In this document: one piece after another, positions 49,794 through 59,969 of the stretch
Layout of the letters: every line of letters begins with the position of its first letter
Position numbering within the stretch: the first letter of the stretch is position 1
From: an uncultured Acidobacteriota bacterium
Lineage (GTDB): Bacteria > Acidobacteriota > Terriglobia > Acidiferrales > UBA7541
Reading direction: 5' to 3'
Assembly: GCA_963819235.1 (NCBI GenBank)
Contig: CAWFVE010000003.1
Span: forward strand, 947,568-1,011,567
Length of the DNA stretch: 64,000 nucleotides
Program-made: the position numbers and the translations under genes
Notes under the pieces: model-generated
Database searches by the model: none
Told to the model about the DNA's origin: nothing
The model's input: the letters and a program-made list of their open reading frames with translations, nothing else

Positions 49794-51386
49794 CTACCGG
49801 TTGATGTACCAGTAGCCAACCTTGTTATTCACCGAACTCGCATACCACATGCGCCCCTGCGAATCCATGAAGAATTCGCGCATGGAAATCTCGGAGTGCG
49901 GATACGGATATTCGATCACCTCGCCCGTTTTGGGATCGAAGCGGCCGATCGTGTCCTGCTCGTGTGAGGCATACCAGATCATCTTGTTGCGATCCATGCC
50001 TATGGCGTAAGGGCTAGCGGCAGGTCCGGGCAAATCGAATTCTTTAAAGCTTTCGGTTTGGGGATCGAATCGGCCTAACTTGTTTCCGCCTCGCTCGCTG
50101 AACCACACAATATTATTCTCGTCCACCAGCAAGCGTTGCGGCTTGCCCTTGGTGGGCGGGTAGAACTTCGAAAGTTTCCCATCCTTGGTGACTCTGGCGA
50201 TAGGTCCAGGAAAAACAAACGATGTGAACCACTCGTCTCCATTGTGTCCGACGATGTTGCCATAGGTGTTGCCGACGTCGAAATGAGAGAACTTATTGGC
50301 GATCGGGTCAAACATCGTGATGGCGGGACCGCCGCTGGTCCACACGCGTCCCCGCTCATCGACTCGAATTGTGTGCGTGCCGGTTGGCGTGCCGTCCAGC
50401 AGTGGCGTGTTCTGATATTCCACGATCTCCTTGGTAAACGGGTTCAAATGCCCGAACTTCCCCAGTGCTGCTTCGGTGAACCAGACGGTGCCGTCGGGAG
50501 CCGGAATTGCCGAGTGAATACCCGCCGTTTTTGTGAACGGCAACGGGAATCGCGCCAACTCGGCTGTTTTTGGGTTCAGCCGCACGACTTCGTTGCCGCG
50601 CCCGTAATAAGGAATCCAGAACATACCGTCTTTGTCTTCGACGGCGCTCCACGGACCCTGTCCCTTGATTGGCGGGAAATCGTATTCCACGTAGGCGATA
50701 TTCATCGCCTCCGGGCTGAACGTGCGTACCAGCTTCTTATATTCCGGTAGGGCGGCGGGAGAAGCGGGCTTCTTCGAGTCAGGACCGAACATGGCTGCCA
50801 GGAATTCCGCAAAGTCCTGGGCTTTTTCGTCGGTCATCCGGCCGCCGCCCTCGCCGCCCATGATCGTATTGCTCATGTACTGGATCAGAGTCTTCCAGCC
50901 TTGTGCATCATGGCTTTGCGATGCCACTCGATGCTGGAGCGAATGGCAGGAAGTCATGCAAGTCGTGAAGTAGGGTTCCTGATATCTCTTCGAAAGGTCG
51001 TGCTTGGCAGTTTTGGGCAGCAGTTGCGTTATCTGGTAGGTGGTCAGGTCGGTCCAGCGCACAGAGGCCGCCTGCAGCGCGAAATCGCAAGCCAATTTTT
51101 GGTCGGCAGTCAACTGGACGTTGTCGTGGGGATCGCTCCTGTAGCCCACGGCCGAGATTTGTACGGAATAGGTGGCAGCCGGCAGGTTATTGATGTGGTA
51201 GCGGCCCTGCGCGTCCGACAGCACCGTGACCGTCATTTTGTTTTGCGAATTCTCGGCGACCACGAAGATGCCCATGATGGGCTTGCCGTCGGGTCCTGTG
51301 ACGTTACCTGCAATCGAAGCCGCGAAGGCCGTTGACGCCAGCGATGCCGTCAAGGCGAGAGAAACGAGTTTACCGATGAACCTCAT
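49794..51386 (-). CDS. CarboxypepD_reg domain plus Vgb (streptogramin lyase)-like beta-propeller protein
   Basis: Signal peptide. IAGNVTGPDGKPIMGIFVV...GRYHINNLPAATYSV is a carboxypeptidase-regulatory-like fold. A mid-region CMTSCH motif follows, then repeated ...W(F/Y)(T/A)(E/S)...G(R/H)(F/L)(D/N)P.T... blades. The ATG at 51386 is preceded by GGGAGGAG. Confidence 0.75.
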   Translation of the reverse strand: MRFIGKLVSLALTASLASTAFAASIAGNVTGPDGKPIMGIFVVAENSQNKMTVTVLSDAQGRYHINNLPAATYSVQISAVGYRSDPHDNVQLTADQKLACDFALQAASVRWTDLTTYQITQLLPKTAKHDLSKRYQEPYFTTCMTSCHSLQHRVASQSHDAQGWKTLIQYMSNTIMGGEGGGRMTDEKAQDFAEFLAAMFGPDSKKPASPAALPEYKKLVRTFSPEAMNIAYVEYDFPPIKGQGPWSAVEDKDGMFWIPYYGRGNEVVRLNPKTAELARFPLPFTKTAGIHSAIPAPDGTVWFTEAALGKFGHLNPFTKEIVEYQNTPLLDGTPTGTHTIRVDERGRVWTSGGPAITMFDPIANKFSHFDVGNTYGNIVGHNGDEWFTSFVFPGPIARVTKDGKLSKFYPPTKGKPQRLLVDENNIVWFSERGGNKLGRFDPQTESFKEFDLPGPAASPYAIGMDRNKMIWYASHEQDTIGRFDPKTGEVIEYPYPHSEISMREFFMDSQGRMWYASSVNNKVGYWYINR

Positions 51387-51855
51387 GGCTCCTCCCAATC
51401 CGGGATGTCCAAGTGATCTCTGGAACGAACGGCAACATACAACCGACCACCTCAGAATGCAATGTTCGGGCCACCTTGGATGCGGCGTTGGCGGCTAAAA
51501 CGAAAAAGGTTGCTGAGAAGCAGATCCAATCCTTTTTCATGGACACCTACGCCGTATACCAATCGGTAAAAATCGAGCGCTGTGCGTCAGCGACGGACAT
51601 CTTCCCTGAGCACACCTGCTGATGCAGCTAACAGCCTATCGCTATAAAGTAATCGTGCCGATCGCACTACTCTGGCGATGTTCGCAGATGGGAGACAGGA
51701 GAGGCCGAGCCAGGAAACTTGTGCCGGCTTAGCCCATTCGGTGCTACACTATCGCGACGATGTGAATTACTGCTTCCCCTGATAAACAGCTGTCGTTGTG
51801 CTACGGGTAACCTTTCTGTCGCACACTGGGACTCCATCTACTTGAGGAGGCTACG

Positions 51856-52266
51856 ATGATGAGGCACAGGGTTCTACTGGGCTTGCCGCTCGTCTTGGGG
51901 TTCTTGGCTGCACCCGCCTTCGCGCACCACACCTTTTCCGTTGAATACGACAAGGACAAGTGCAGCGACATGGTTGGTACCCTCACGAAAGTTGACTGGG
52001 AAAATCCGCACGTTTACTTCTATATCGACCTAAAGGACGCCGATAATCAGGTTACCTCCTGGAGCTTTGAGGCAGTGTCGGTAGCCTATCTGAAGCGGAG
52101 CGGGATACAGAGGCAAGATTTCATCGATAATATGGGCAAGACCGTCACTGCCCGTGCCTGCCTGGGGAAAAACGCCAGCATAAAAAGAGCCGCTGCTGAA
52201 TACATCACGATGCCCGATGGCCGAAAACTGAAAGTCGGCAGCGATTACGAGCATGGGCAGAACTGA
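51856..52266 (+). CDS. Small secreted protein, AHH family copy D2
   Basis: MMRHRVLLGLPLVLGFLAAPAFA|HHTFSVEYD...GTLTKVDWENPHVYFYIDLKD. GAGGAGG lies upstream. Confidence 0.8.
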   Translation: MMRHRVLLGLPLVLGFLAAPAFAHHTFSVEYDKDKCSDMVGTLTKVDWENPHVYFYIDLKDADNQVTSWSFEAVSVAYLKRSGIQRQDFIDNMGKTVTARACLGKNASIKRAAAEYITMPDGRKLKVGSDYEHGQN

Positions 52267-53077
52267 ACGGCTGCGAACAACGGTTTGTCTTGCTCGCCTT
52301 GTTTTAGTCCTCGCAACCGTGGCGGCCTGTGTCTGCATGGCTGCAGCCCAGGACAACGGGGGTGCGTTGCCGAAGGGTGGACCGGCTCCGCGTGCCGCCG
52401 ACGGTCATCCCGACCTTTCCGGCGTGTGGTTTCCGGGCTACACGGGCACCTACTCTACGGATCATCCTGCAGCGCAACGCCCATTTGATCCTAAGGCGAC
52501 GCCCGAAGAAAGGCCCGCCTTCCAACCGTGGGCGGCAGCCAAGATCAAATCCATGACTGCTGTCGATCTCGAACTCGCGAGGCCCTCAGTGAATTGTTTG
52601 CCGCGCGGCACGCCCGGCATGCTGCTCCTGAATCCGTACCCCACACAATTGGTGCAAACGCGCGACGAACTGATCCAACTGAACGAATTGAACACCAATT
52701 TTCGCGTGATCCACACTGATGGCAGGCCGCACACCAAAAATCCCGATCCGACTTTCGTTGGAGATGCAACCGCGCATTGGGAGGGAGAGACGTTGGTGAT
52801 CGATGTGATTGCCATCGACGAACGCACCTGGAACAACTTCGTCGGCTGGTTCCATAGCGATCAGGAGCACGTGATCGAGCGCCTTACGCGTACAAGCAAA
52901 AACTATCTCACCTATCAAGTTACGATCGAGGATCCCAAAGTGCTCACGAAGCCGTGGACCTCGGCGCCACGGATGTGGTCGCTTGGCCACGAAGATCTGG
53001 AGGAGTACTACTGCACGGATAACCAGGAAGTGCAACAATACGGGTCCATCAAAGACAAAGACGCGAGCAGCAAGTAA
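52253..53077 (+). CDS. Secreted partner protein, copy P2
   Basis: Overlaps D2 by 14 nt. Motifs PDLSGVW, NCLPRGTP, VIHTDGRPHT, ATAHWEGETLVIDV, FHSDQEHVIER and IEDPKVLTKPW. Confidence 0.8.
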   Translation: MGRTERLRTTVCLARLVLVLATVAACVCMAAAQDNGGALPKGGPAPRAADGHPDLSGVWFPGYTGTYSTDHPAAQRPFDPKATPEERPAFQPWAAAKIKSMTAVDLELARPSVNCLPRGTPGMLLLNPYPTQLVQTRDELIQLNELNTNFRVIHTDGRPHTKNPDPTFVGDATAHWEGETLVIDVIAIDERTWNNFVGWFHSDQEHVIERLTRTSKNYLTYQVTIEDPKVLTKPWTSAPRMWSLGHEDLEEYYCTDNQEVQQYGSIKDKDASSK

Positions 53078-53197
53078 TCAGGCCGAGCCTCTTGGCGCAA
53101 CGAGCACGCCTTTCAACCGGTGAGTCAGCTAACCTCTGTTTTCAAGGAAGTCGAAGCGGAGTTTCACGATTGCCTGCCAAAATCAGCAGCCGATAAG

Positions 53198-54085
53198 CTA
53201 TTTCTTTTGTGAGTCTGGTAGCACGGGCTTGCTCACCTGCTTGTCATATTCGGCTTGTTCTGACGGTGAGCAGAGCATCTCGCGAATGTCGAAATCGGCT
53301 GATTGCAGCCGCATAGGGAATTTATCGAGGGCATTCCAGGGTTTCGTATACATTTGAGGATCAATGATCGTCACCGTGAGTTCAAAAATGTCATGATTCA
53401 CTCGGTGGAACCGCTCTTCCACTCGCAAGTCGCCGCTATGAGGACGACCGGCATTATCCAGCCAGGTTCTTTCGTCGAGGCCAATCGTCTCGACGACCAA
53501 CGTGGTATCGTCCACCCACTTGCCGACCGAGTAGCCGAACCATCGAGGCTCCATAATATCCTTTTGAGGCGGGAAGTCTCGGCCATCGGTCCAGATGTTG
53601 CGAAAAGTCCGATCATTTTGATACAAGATCAGCACCTGCTTTTCCGTCTGCGTAATCTGTATCGACCTAAAGCCGAAGAGTTCTAACCGCGGAAACCCGA
53701 TTGGATCGCAGACGTCAAACGGATCATTATTGGTCCCAATGGCGACTTCGGTGGTTCCAAATCCAGGCCTATGAGACTTCCATGTTTTTTCCCCAAGAGG
53801 GGTAAAAGGCAACTGATGCTCGGGTTTGTTATCTGACGGGTATTGCATAGCGCCATATTGCTGGACTCCGGCCCGCCACCCCGCGGCTGGTTCCCAAATC
53901 CCAGAAAGGTCGTGGCGAGGCGCCGCGAGTGACTTCTGGTCTTTGGGCGGAACAGGGACGTCCCTGTACCAACCGTCGACATGTTCCGCAGTTCCCGGCT
54001 CCAGCGTCGCAGCATTTTGAGCGCGGGCCGGAAGTGAAAACATCGACGCAGCAAGTACGATTGGGACCGCTAACCGATTTAACAT
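53198..54085 (-). CDS. Secreted partner protein, copy P3
   Basis: The ATG at 54085 (MLNRLAVPIVLAASMFSLPARAQ) is preceded by GGAGGAAGAGGAA. Motifs HDLSGIW, VCDPIGFP, NIWTDGRDFP, GYSVGKWVDDTTLVVET, GRPHSGDLRVEE and IIDPQMYTKPW. Confidence 0.8.
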   Translation of the reverse strand: MLNRLAVPIVLAASMFSLPARAQNAATLEPGTAEHVDGWYRDVPVPPKDQKSLAAPRHDLSGIWEPAAGWRAGVQQYGAMQYPSDNKPEHQLPFTPLGEKTWKSHRPGFGTTEVAIGTNNDPFDVCDPIGFPRLELFGFRSIQITQTEKQVLILYQNDRTFRNIWTDGRDFPPQKDIMEPRWFGYSVGKWVDDTTLVVETIGLDERTWLDNAGRPHSGDLRVEERFHRVNHDIFELTVTIIDPQMYTKPWNALDKFPMRLQSADFDIREMLCSPSEQAEYDKQVSKPVLPDSQKK

Positions 54086-54105
54086 GGGAGATTCCTCTTC
54101 CTCCA

Positions 54106-54504
54106 CTACCGGTCAGGACCGCGATCTTCGGTCTGCTGGCGTACCCACTTGCCATTGGCGAGTTGTGCCCGCTGGACACGCCCGACAGCCGCGCCATTGT
54201 CAGGTGTCAAAGCGACCACCGTCACTTCATCCCCAGGCTTGAAAGTCGCGCGGGTTATGCCGGAATTGATGAGACTTGACGGAGCGTTCCACTCAACGAC
54301 CCAATTGACAACCTTCTCGTCGTCGCCTTTTACATCCATCTTCAGAAAGGCGTGCGGATTAAGCCAAACCCACTCTGTCACGGTTCCCTTCAGAGTCATC
54401 TGTTTGGCATGGCCATAGGATGCGTTTCCGTGGTGCGCGAAGAGCGGAAGGGAAGCAGCGAAAAGGCCGATGATCACGAGGGAACTCCTGAGCTTATTTT
54501 TCAT
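54106..54504 (-). CDS. Small secreted protein, AHH family copy D3
   Basis: MKNKLRSSLVIIGLFAASLPLFA|HHGNASYG...GTVTEWVWLNPHAFLKMDVKG. Confidence 0.8.
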   Translation of the reverse strand: MKNKLRSSLVIIGLFAASLPLFAHHGNASYGHAKQMTLKGTVTEWVWLNPHAFLKMDVKGDDEKVVNWVVEWNAPSSLINSGITRATFKPGDEVTVVALTPDNGAAVGRVQRAQLANGKWVRQQTEDRGPDR

Positions 54505-54767
54505 TCCGTCCCTCCGAATTTCAGCGTGAAAAGTGCGATTCTTCTACGGGCTGGGCCGAATATACGCTTTGGGTGACTGCCAGGCAATCTGTTTTTCGAG
54601 GTTGAGGAATCCGCCTCGGCAAGTCTATCTCAGATCCGACTCAAAGACCTGGATCCAACGGCAGCTATTTAGCAGGCTTAGCACCCGTTTCACTCTTGAC
54701 CTTGTCCATGTCAGTTTTGAAGCGCATTTCGTCCGTTGCCAAGCAATTCGGTGTGCGCCGGACCTAA

Positions 54768-55889
54768 CTACGCGGCTGGTCTCATCCGCGGCAACAACCT
54801 AAGAGCGTTCTCGCTCTTAATGGCCTGAAGCTCCTGAGAGTCAAATACCCCTGAAGCCGTTAAACCATTGGTATTTTCGAGAGAAGAACGATATGGGTAA
54901 TCTGTCCCGAATACGATCTGCGACATGGGCACGACGTGCCGCAGGGCGGTCATTGGCACCGGGTGAAATGCTTGCGCCGTATCGTAATAGAATTTGCCGA
55001 CCTCGACTTGGAAATCCGATCGCCAAGTACCGGGGTTAGTTCCTTTGGGAGGGAGGCGATCAGCGAAGCGCCCTATCAAGAATGGCATGGTGCCGCCGGC
55101 GTGAGAGAAAATCATACGAACGTCCGGATAGCGTTTGGACGCGCCGCTATAGACCATTCGGACGATCGCACGTGTCGTGTCCGTCCCATACTCGATTGCG
55201 GCGGACGCCACGCCAGAGAGGAGGTTCTTGCAACAATCGTTGAAAGTTGGGTGAACGAAGACGACTGCCTTACGTCGATTGAGTTCCTCGAAGAGCGGCG
55301 CGAAAAACGGATCTCCCAACCATTTGTTGCCGTAGCTTGAAAACAGCTGGATACCGTCCAACTTCAGGTTATCGAGGGCGTACTCGGCCTCCTGCAGGCT
55401 GCCGTCGATATCGGGCAACGTCAGCGTAGCAAAACTGCCGAACCTGCCCGGATAATCCGAAGCAAGCTTCGCAGCATATTCATTACAGTCGCGGGCCAGA
55501 TGCCGTCCCTGGTTTTCGTCTCCAAACGAGACGCCCGGCGTGACAATGGAATTCATGGAGGTAGTGACGCCCGCCTGATCCATATCCTCTATGGTCTTCT
55601 GGGCCGACCAACCGACCAGGGCTGCGGGAAAGTTCCTGTGATCTTTCAAGACCTGCATGTAAGCTGTCGGCGCAAAATGGTGGTGGACATCAATCCAACC
55701 CTTCGTTGGAGGCGACGTCAACCGTTCTTGTGGTGCTGATACGCTCCAAGGAAAAATCGCACTCCCAGCCAAGGCGGCGACTCGAGTGAGGAATTGCCGT
55801 CGAGGCATGGAGGAAGAACTTGAGTCCGCCGCGGCTCCGCTTCGCAATGTGCGGGAATCGTGGTTGTGTTTGTGATCCAGGAGACTCAT
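54768..55889 (-). CDS. Tat-signal amidohydrolase (amidohydrolase_2/ACMSD-like)
   Basis: RRQFLTRVAALAGSA is a twin-arginine signal. WIDVHHHFAP is a metal-binding motif, followed by a TIM-barrel-like remainder. The ORF track starts at TTG 55901. Confidence 0.8.
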   Translation of the reverse strand: MSLLDHKHNHDSRTLRSGAAADSSSSSMPRRQFLTRVAALAGSAIFPWSVSAPQERLTSPPTKGWIDVHHHFAPTAYMQVLKDHRNFPAALVGWSAQKTIEDMDQAGVTTSMNSIVTPGVSFGDENQGRHLARDCNEYAAKLASDYPGRFGSFATLTLPDIDGSLQEAEYALDNLKLDGIQLFSSYGNKWLGDPFFAPLFEELNRRKAVVFVHPTFNDCCKNLLSGVASAAIEYGTDTTRAIVRMVYSGASKRYPDVRMIFSHAGGTMPFLIGRFADRLPPKGTNPGTWRSDFQVEVGKFYYDTAQAFHPVPMTALRHVVPMSQIVFGTDYPYRSSLENTNGLTASGVFDSQELQAIKSENALRLLPRMRPAA

Positions 55890-55966
55890 GGCCTCTCGCA
55901 ATAGAGTGCCGCCTCTCCGCTAAAGACCAACTGTGAATCGGACACCCGTTGCCGAGCTAGGTTCTC

Positions 55967-58900
55967 TCAGAATAGAAGTTTCAAAGAGAATTGAATTTGC
56001 CGACTGGAGGTCGACGTTGAAATAATCCCTGTGAAGGCCGGGTTTTCCGCAAGGTCTTTCACACTTCCCGAAAGAAATCCGCCATTTTGCGCCGGTCCTA
56101 AATTCGGGTGGTTCAAGATATTAAAGAGTTCCGCACGGAACTGCACTTTGCCAGCCTCGCCCAGCCAGCGCAGTGAAGTGTCCTTGTTTATGGAGAAGTC
56201 CCAGGTGGACAAGCCCGGCCCTCTCAGAGTGTTCCTCGGCACATCGCCGATGGTCCCGACAGCGGGCAGCGTAAACATATTGGGATTAAACCACTGCCCG
56301 ACCGTGCCAGTGATCACGGTGTTGGGGTTAAAAACCACGGGATTGTAAGGAATGCAGCCCGTCGAGTTTGCGGGACAGGAAGTCACACCCGCAGCTTGCG
56401 CCGCGGCCGTTACCGTCGCGAGATTGGAGCTTGTGACGTAATCGGGTCGTTCAAGCCCTCCGTTTGTGCCTGCCAGGCCGGCCTGTTCGCGGTCGGCGCC
56501 CAGCAGTGGCGTGAATGGCTGGCCCGTCTGCACGGTGACGATGCTTCCCGTCCACCATCCGCTCAGAACCTTGCCCAGGAATCCCCGCACCGGGGCATTC
56601 GGCAAATTGTACAAAACGTTGAAATGCCAGTTCTGTTTTATATCAAAGTTGCCTGGGCCATAATCGAGCATGGGATTAAACGGATCTTCGATCAAACCCG
56701 TTTGGCTGCCGCTGGTATCGGAATTCGAGAGGCCTTCCGTATCGTCGAGCAACTTACTGAATGTGTAGGCGCTTTGGAATTGCAACCCGTGGCCCAGCCT
56801 CTTCGTCAGATTCACTTCCAAGGCGTTGTAATTGGATATGCCGATCGTGTTGAACAATCCGAAGTTCGTATAAAAGGGATTGAGCCGGGGCGCTGCGGTG
56901 AAGCCCGGTGGACAAGCAGGGCCTTGGGTTGCTTGGCAGCCCCAGACCGGGCTAGCATTCGGAACCACTGTTGTGAACCCCGCGCATCCTTGGGGCACGA
57001 AGGTATTAGAATTGGGACAAAACGGATTCGATTCGTTTGCAGGTTGCCATAGGTTCAGTCCCCGCGAGCCGGCATAGGCTACGCTCAAAGCCATTCCGAA
57101 CGGAAGCTGCCGCTCGACGGTCAAATTGAAATCCTGCATGTGCGGCGATGTGAAGTTCGTAACTACGGCCGTGGGCGATGATCCTTGGAGAGCGCCGAAG
57201 ACGGTGCCGGGTGGAACAGTCAGGGGAAGCGGAAGTACACCAGGAGTCTTTGTTGAGTTCGTGACTGTGAAACTGGAACTGTAAGGCGGCATCCCGCCCA
57301 GCATCGCAAACAGCGCGCCAAGATCACTGATATCGTAGAGGATGGCGAAGCCGCCTCTTACGGACGTTTTGCCATTGCCGAATACGTCCCAAGCAAATCC
57401 GATTCGAGGGCTCACATCGCCATGCGTCGGGTCGTTAACGATATGGCCGATTGAGACGGTGTCGCTGTACGGCGGATCTGCGAAAAACGATTGGTGCCCT
57501 TGCGCTTCATTCGGCTGTGTATTGAATTCGTATCGCAAGCCAAGATTCAGAGTGAATCGCGGCAGCACGCGATATTCGTCCTCCGCGTAAAATCCCACCG
57601 TATTGTAGAGCATATACTTCAGATTGTTATTTCCCGGAGAGGGAACGGAATAGCTCCGGTATTGGCCCAGCAAAAATGACTGGAGCGAGCCGAAGGTAAC
57701 CGAGCCTTTTGGTCCCTCGTTATTGTTGGCGTACTGCTGATAGTGATTGATTAAAGTTCCAAATTTCAGCGCGTGCTTGCCTTTGGTCCAGAAAACGTCG
57801 TCGCCGAAACTGAAGATGTTCTGCCTGTCGTTCAAGGCGCTGCTGGCTGTATCACTGAAATTCGCGATGGGAGTGATGTTCATGGGGCAGATCGGCTCGC
57901 CAGTCACGCACGAGTACTGCTGGCCGGATACTGAGCTGGTGAACGGGTTCGAAGAAGATGGCGTCGCGTCTAGGACATTCGACCGGCTGAATGAGAAACG
58001 TGCCGAGTTCAACAGGATCGGAGTAAAAATGTGGTTCTCAGAGATGGTCACGTACTGCTGCCGCTCCACGAGACCGAAATCGAACTGCGGAAAAATTTTC
58101 GGATAGCTCTCATTGGCATCGTCAATCGTGTAACGGACGAAAGTCGAATCCGCACTGGAGAAATTGTGGTCGATCCTTGCTTGCCCGTAGTCTTCCCGGG
58201 TTCTCGAAGTGGCCAGATAAGTAAACTCGTCGCCGGGCTCAATGTTCGGCAACGGCCAAAGCGCGAGGATCGGTTGTATGACGGGCGCTACGTTTTCCGT
58301 TGCGCCGCCTTTCAGTGAGGGATCACATGCGCTCGTCACCGTCTCCACCGGACCACCTGGAGTATTGATGATCGGCGTATGGCACGCTGCTGGGATCGTA
58401 GGCGTTATGCCAACATTTGGCGGGTTTGCATAAACTTGCCGAAATCCTTCATATGTAGTGAAGAAAAACGTCTTGTCCTTCTTGATCGGTCCGCCTACGC
58501 TGCCGCCGAACTGATTTCTGCGGAAGGGAGCGATGCGCAACCCTCCGCCCGGAACGGTGGGCGGAAGCGAGAATAGCTCGTCGAAGAGATTGCGCGCGTC
58601 GAACGCGTCATTCCGCACATACTCGTAGAGGTCGCCATGAAGCGAATTCGTCCCGCTCTTGGTGACAATGGTCATCTGGCTGCCCATGTTGAGCCCGTAC
58701 TCGGCGCTGAACGTATTGGTCATGACCTTGTACTCTTGAATGCCGTCTAGTCCGAGCGACTCTCCTGTGATCGATGCGGCACTGGCGCCCTGAATGTTTC
58801 CCATGATCGCGCCATCGAGCGTGTACATGTTCGAGCGGAGCGGGGCTCCATTGGCGCTATAAAAAACTCCAAAGAGGCCATTGGTGCCGAAATTATTGTT

Positions 58901-59410
58901 TGCGAACGGGGTTACGCCTGTTTGCATGAGCGTAAGGTCCACGAAATTCCGCCCATTTAGAGGAAGATCGGAAATCTCGGTCTCGTTCACGAGTTGGCCT
59001 AAAGAACTTGACGTCGTGTCGATCGCCGGCGCTTCGCCGGTAACGGTGACCTGCTGCGCTGTTGTACCGACCTGAAGCGCGAAATTCACGACGGCTTCCT
59101 GAGCGACATCGAGCGTGAGTCCCGTTTGGGTCACGGTCTCGAACCCGGTCGACTCGGCCTTTACGTCGTAACGGCCGACCGGCAGGGCCGGAAAACGATA
59201 CGCCCCGTCATCGCCCGTCATAGCCATCCGCGACACACCCGACTCCACATTCCGCACGCTTACGCTCGCTTTTGGAACTGAGGCGCCGCTCGCGTCCTTC
59301 ACGACCCCCGAGATCGTCCCCGTCGGCACGACCTGCGCCGCCAGAGAAACTCCCACAAGAAACACAACCAGTACAGTCCGGCCCACCCTGGAACACACGT
59401 CATTCAACAT
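55967..59410 (-). CDS. TonB-dependent receptor with an N-terminal carboxypeptidase-regulatory-like domain
   Basis: 1147 aa. Signal peptide, GTISGVVKDASGASVPKASVSVRNVESG...YRFPALPVGRYDV, a plug-like region, then a long beta-barrel ending ...SRQIQFSLKLLF (C-terminal Phe). Confidence 0.9.
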   Translation of the reverse strand: MLNDVCSRVGRTVLVVFLVGVSLAAQVVPTGTISGVVKDASGASVPKASVSVRNVESGVSRMAMTGDDGAYRFPALPVGRYDVKAESTGFETVTQTGLTLDVAQEAVVNFALQVGTTAQQVTVTGEAPAIDTTSSSLGQLVNETEISDLPLNGRNFVDLTLMQTGVTPFANNNFGTNGLFGVFYSANGAPLRSNMYTLDGAIMGNIQGASAASITGESLGLDGIQEYKVMTNTFSAEYGLNMGSQMTIVTKSGTNSLHGDLYEYVRNDAFDARNLFDELFSLPPTVPGGGLRIAPFRRNQFGGSVGGPIKKDKTFFFTTYEGFRQVYANPPNVGITPTIPAACHTPIINTPGGPVETVTSACDPSLKGGATENVAPVIQPILALWPLPNIEPGDEFTYLATSRTREDYGQARIDHNFSSADSTFVRYTIDDANESYPKIFPQFDFGLVERQQYVTISENHIFTPILLNSARFSFSRSNVLDATPSSSNPFTSSVSGQQYSCVTGEPICPMNITPIANFSDTASSALNDRQNIFSFGDDVFWTKGKHALKFGTLINHYQQYANNNEGPKGSVTFGSLQSFLLGQYRSYSVPSPGNNNLKYMLYNTVGFYAEDEYRVLPRFTLNLGLRYEFNTQPNEAQGHQSFFADPPYSDTVSIGHIVNDPTHGDVSPRIGFAWDVFGNGKTSVRGGFAILYDISDLGALFAMLGGMPPYSSSFTVTNSTKTPGVLPLPLTVPPGTVFGALQGSSPTAVVTNFTSPHMQDFNLTVERQLPFGMALSVAYAGSRGLNLWQPANESNPFCPNSNTFVPQGCAGFTTVVPNASPVWGCQATQGPACPPGFTAAPRLNPFYTNFGLFNTIGISNYNALEVNLTKRLGHGLQFQSAYTFSKLLDDTEGLSNSDTSGSQTGLIEDPFNPMLDYGPGNFDIKQNWHFNVLYNLPNAPVRGFLGKVLSGWWTGSIVTVQTGQPFTPLLGADREQAGLAGTNGGLERPDYVTSSNLATVTAAAQAAGVTSCPANSTGCIPYNPVVFNPNTVITGTVGQWFNPNMFTLPAVGTIGDVPRNTLRGPGLSTWDFSINKDTSLRWLGEAGKVQFRAELFNILNHPNLGPAQNGGFLSGSVKDLAENPAFTGIISTSTSSRQIQFSLKLLF

Positions 59411-59899
59411 AGAACACTGCCTCCGCGATCGGTCTGTCCTGATACAGGAGCCGCTTCACCGCTTAAACTAGCCGTGCGACGTCTTTTGCTAGAGAGGCCG
59501 TTTATTCTGATTTCCGACAATTGTCAAGCGCTTAATTGCCGCGAAGCCGGTACTGGGTTCTTTCAGAGACTCTCGATTGATCATGATCTTGCGCCAGCTC
59601 TGATCATTGCTTGAGAAGAATATTCGTGACTGCGGCAGGGCCAAAGGCACTGCCGGCGAAACGATAGCGCACACCCTGAATCCACGAACGAACTAGCGCT
59701 CGAAACAAACAGCATGCAATGGCCTGTGTCGCTTTCTCGTCGCGACCGACGGAACTTTATTTCGAGCTGCGCGTTTGTGCGGGACCTCCTCCGCCGAACT
59801 CAGGTCCGTGGCGAATACTGGGAAGGAGAAGTCCTCCAGGATCAGTCGGATCGCATCAGGACGCAATTGGGTCACGCCCGGCCCCTATCGTCCTCCCGC

Positions 59900-59929
59900 T
59901 TGACATTAATTCAGTTGCTCTTGTAGAGT
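59900..59929 (+). promoter_or_regulatory. sigma70-like promoter TTGACA-N18-TAGAGT upstream of cassette 4
   Basis: Read directly. AGGAGG lies 5 nt before the ATG at 59970. Confidence 0.35.
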
Positions 59930-59969
59930 CGCGACAACGTTCCTTCCCTCAACACAAAAAGGAGGCCTG

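Noticed and set aside
59628-59658. Hairpin CGGCAG-N11-CTGCCG upstream of the TonB receptor, considered as a riboswitch or terminator
   Set aside because: No T-run on either strand, and no riboswitch consensus (B12 box, TPP CUGAGA etc.) in the 5' leader.
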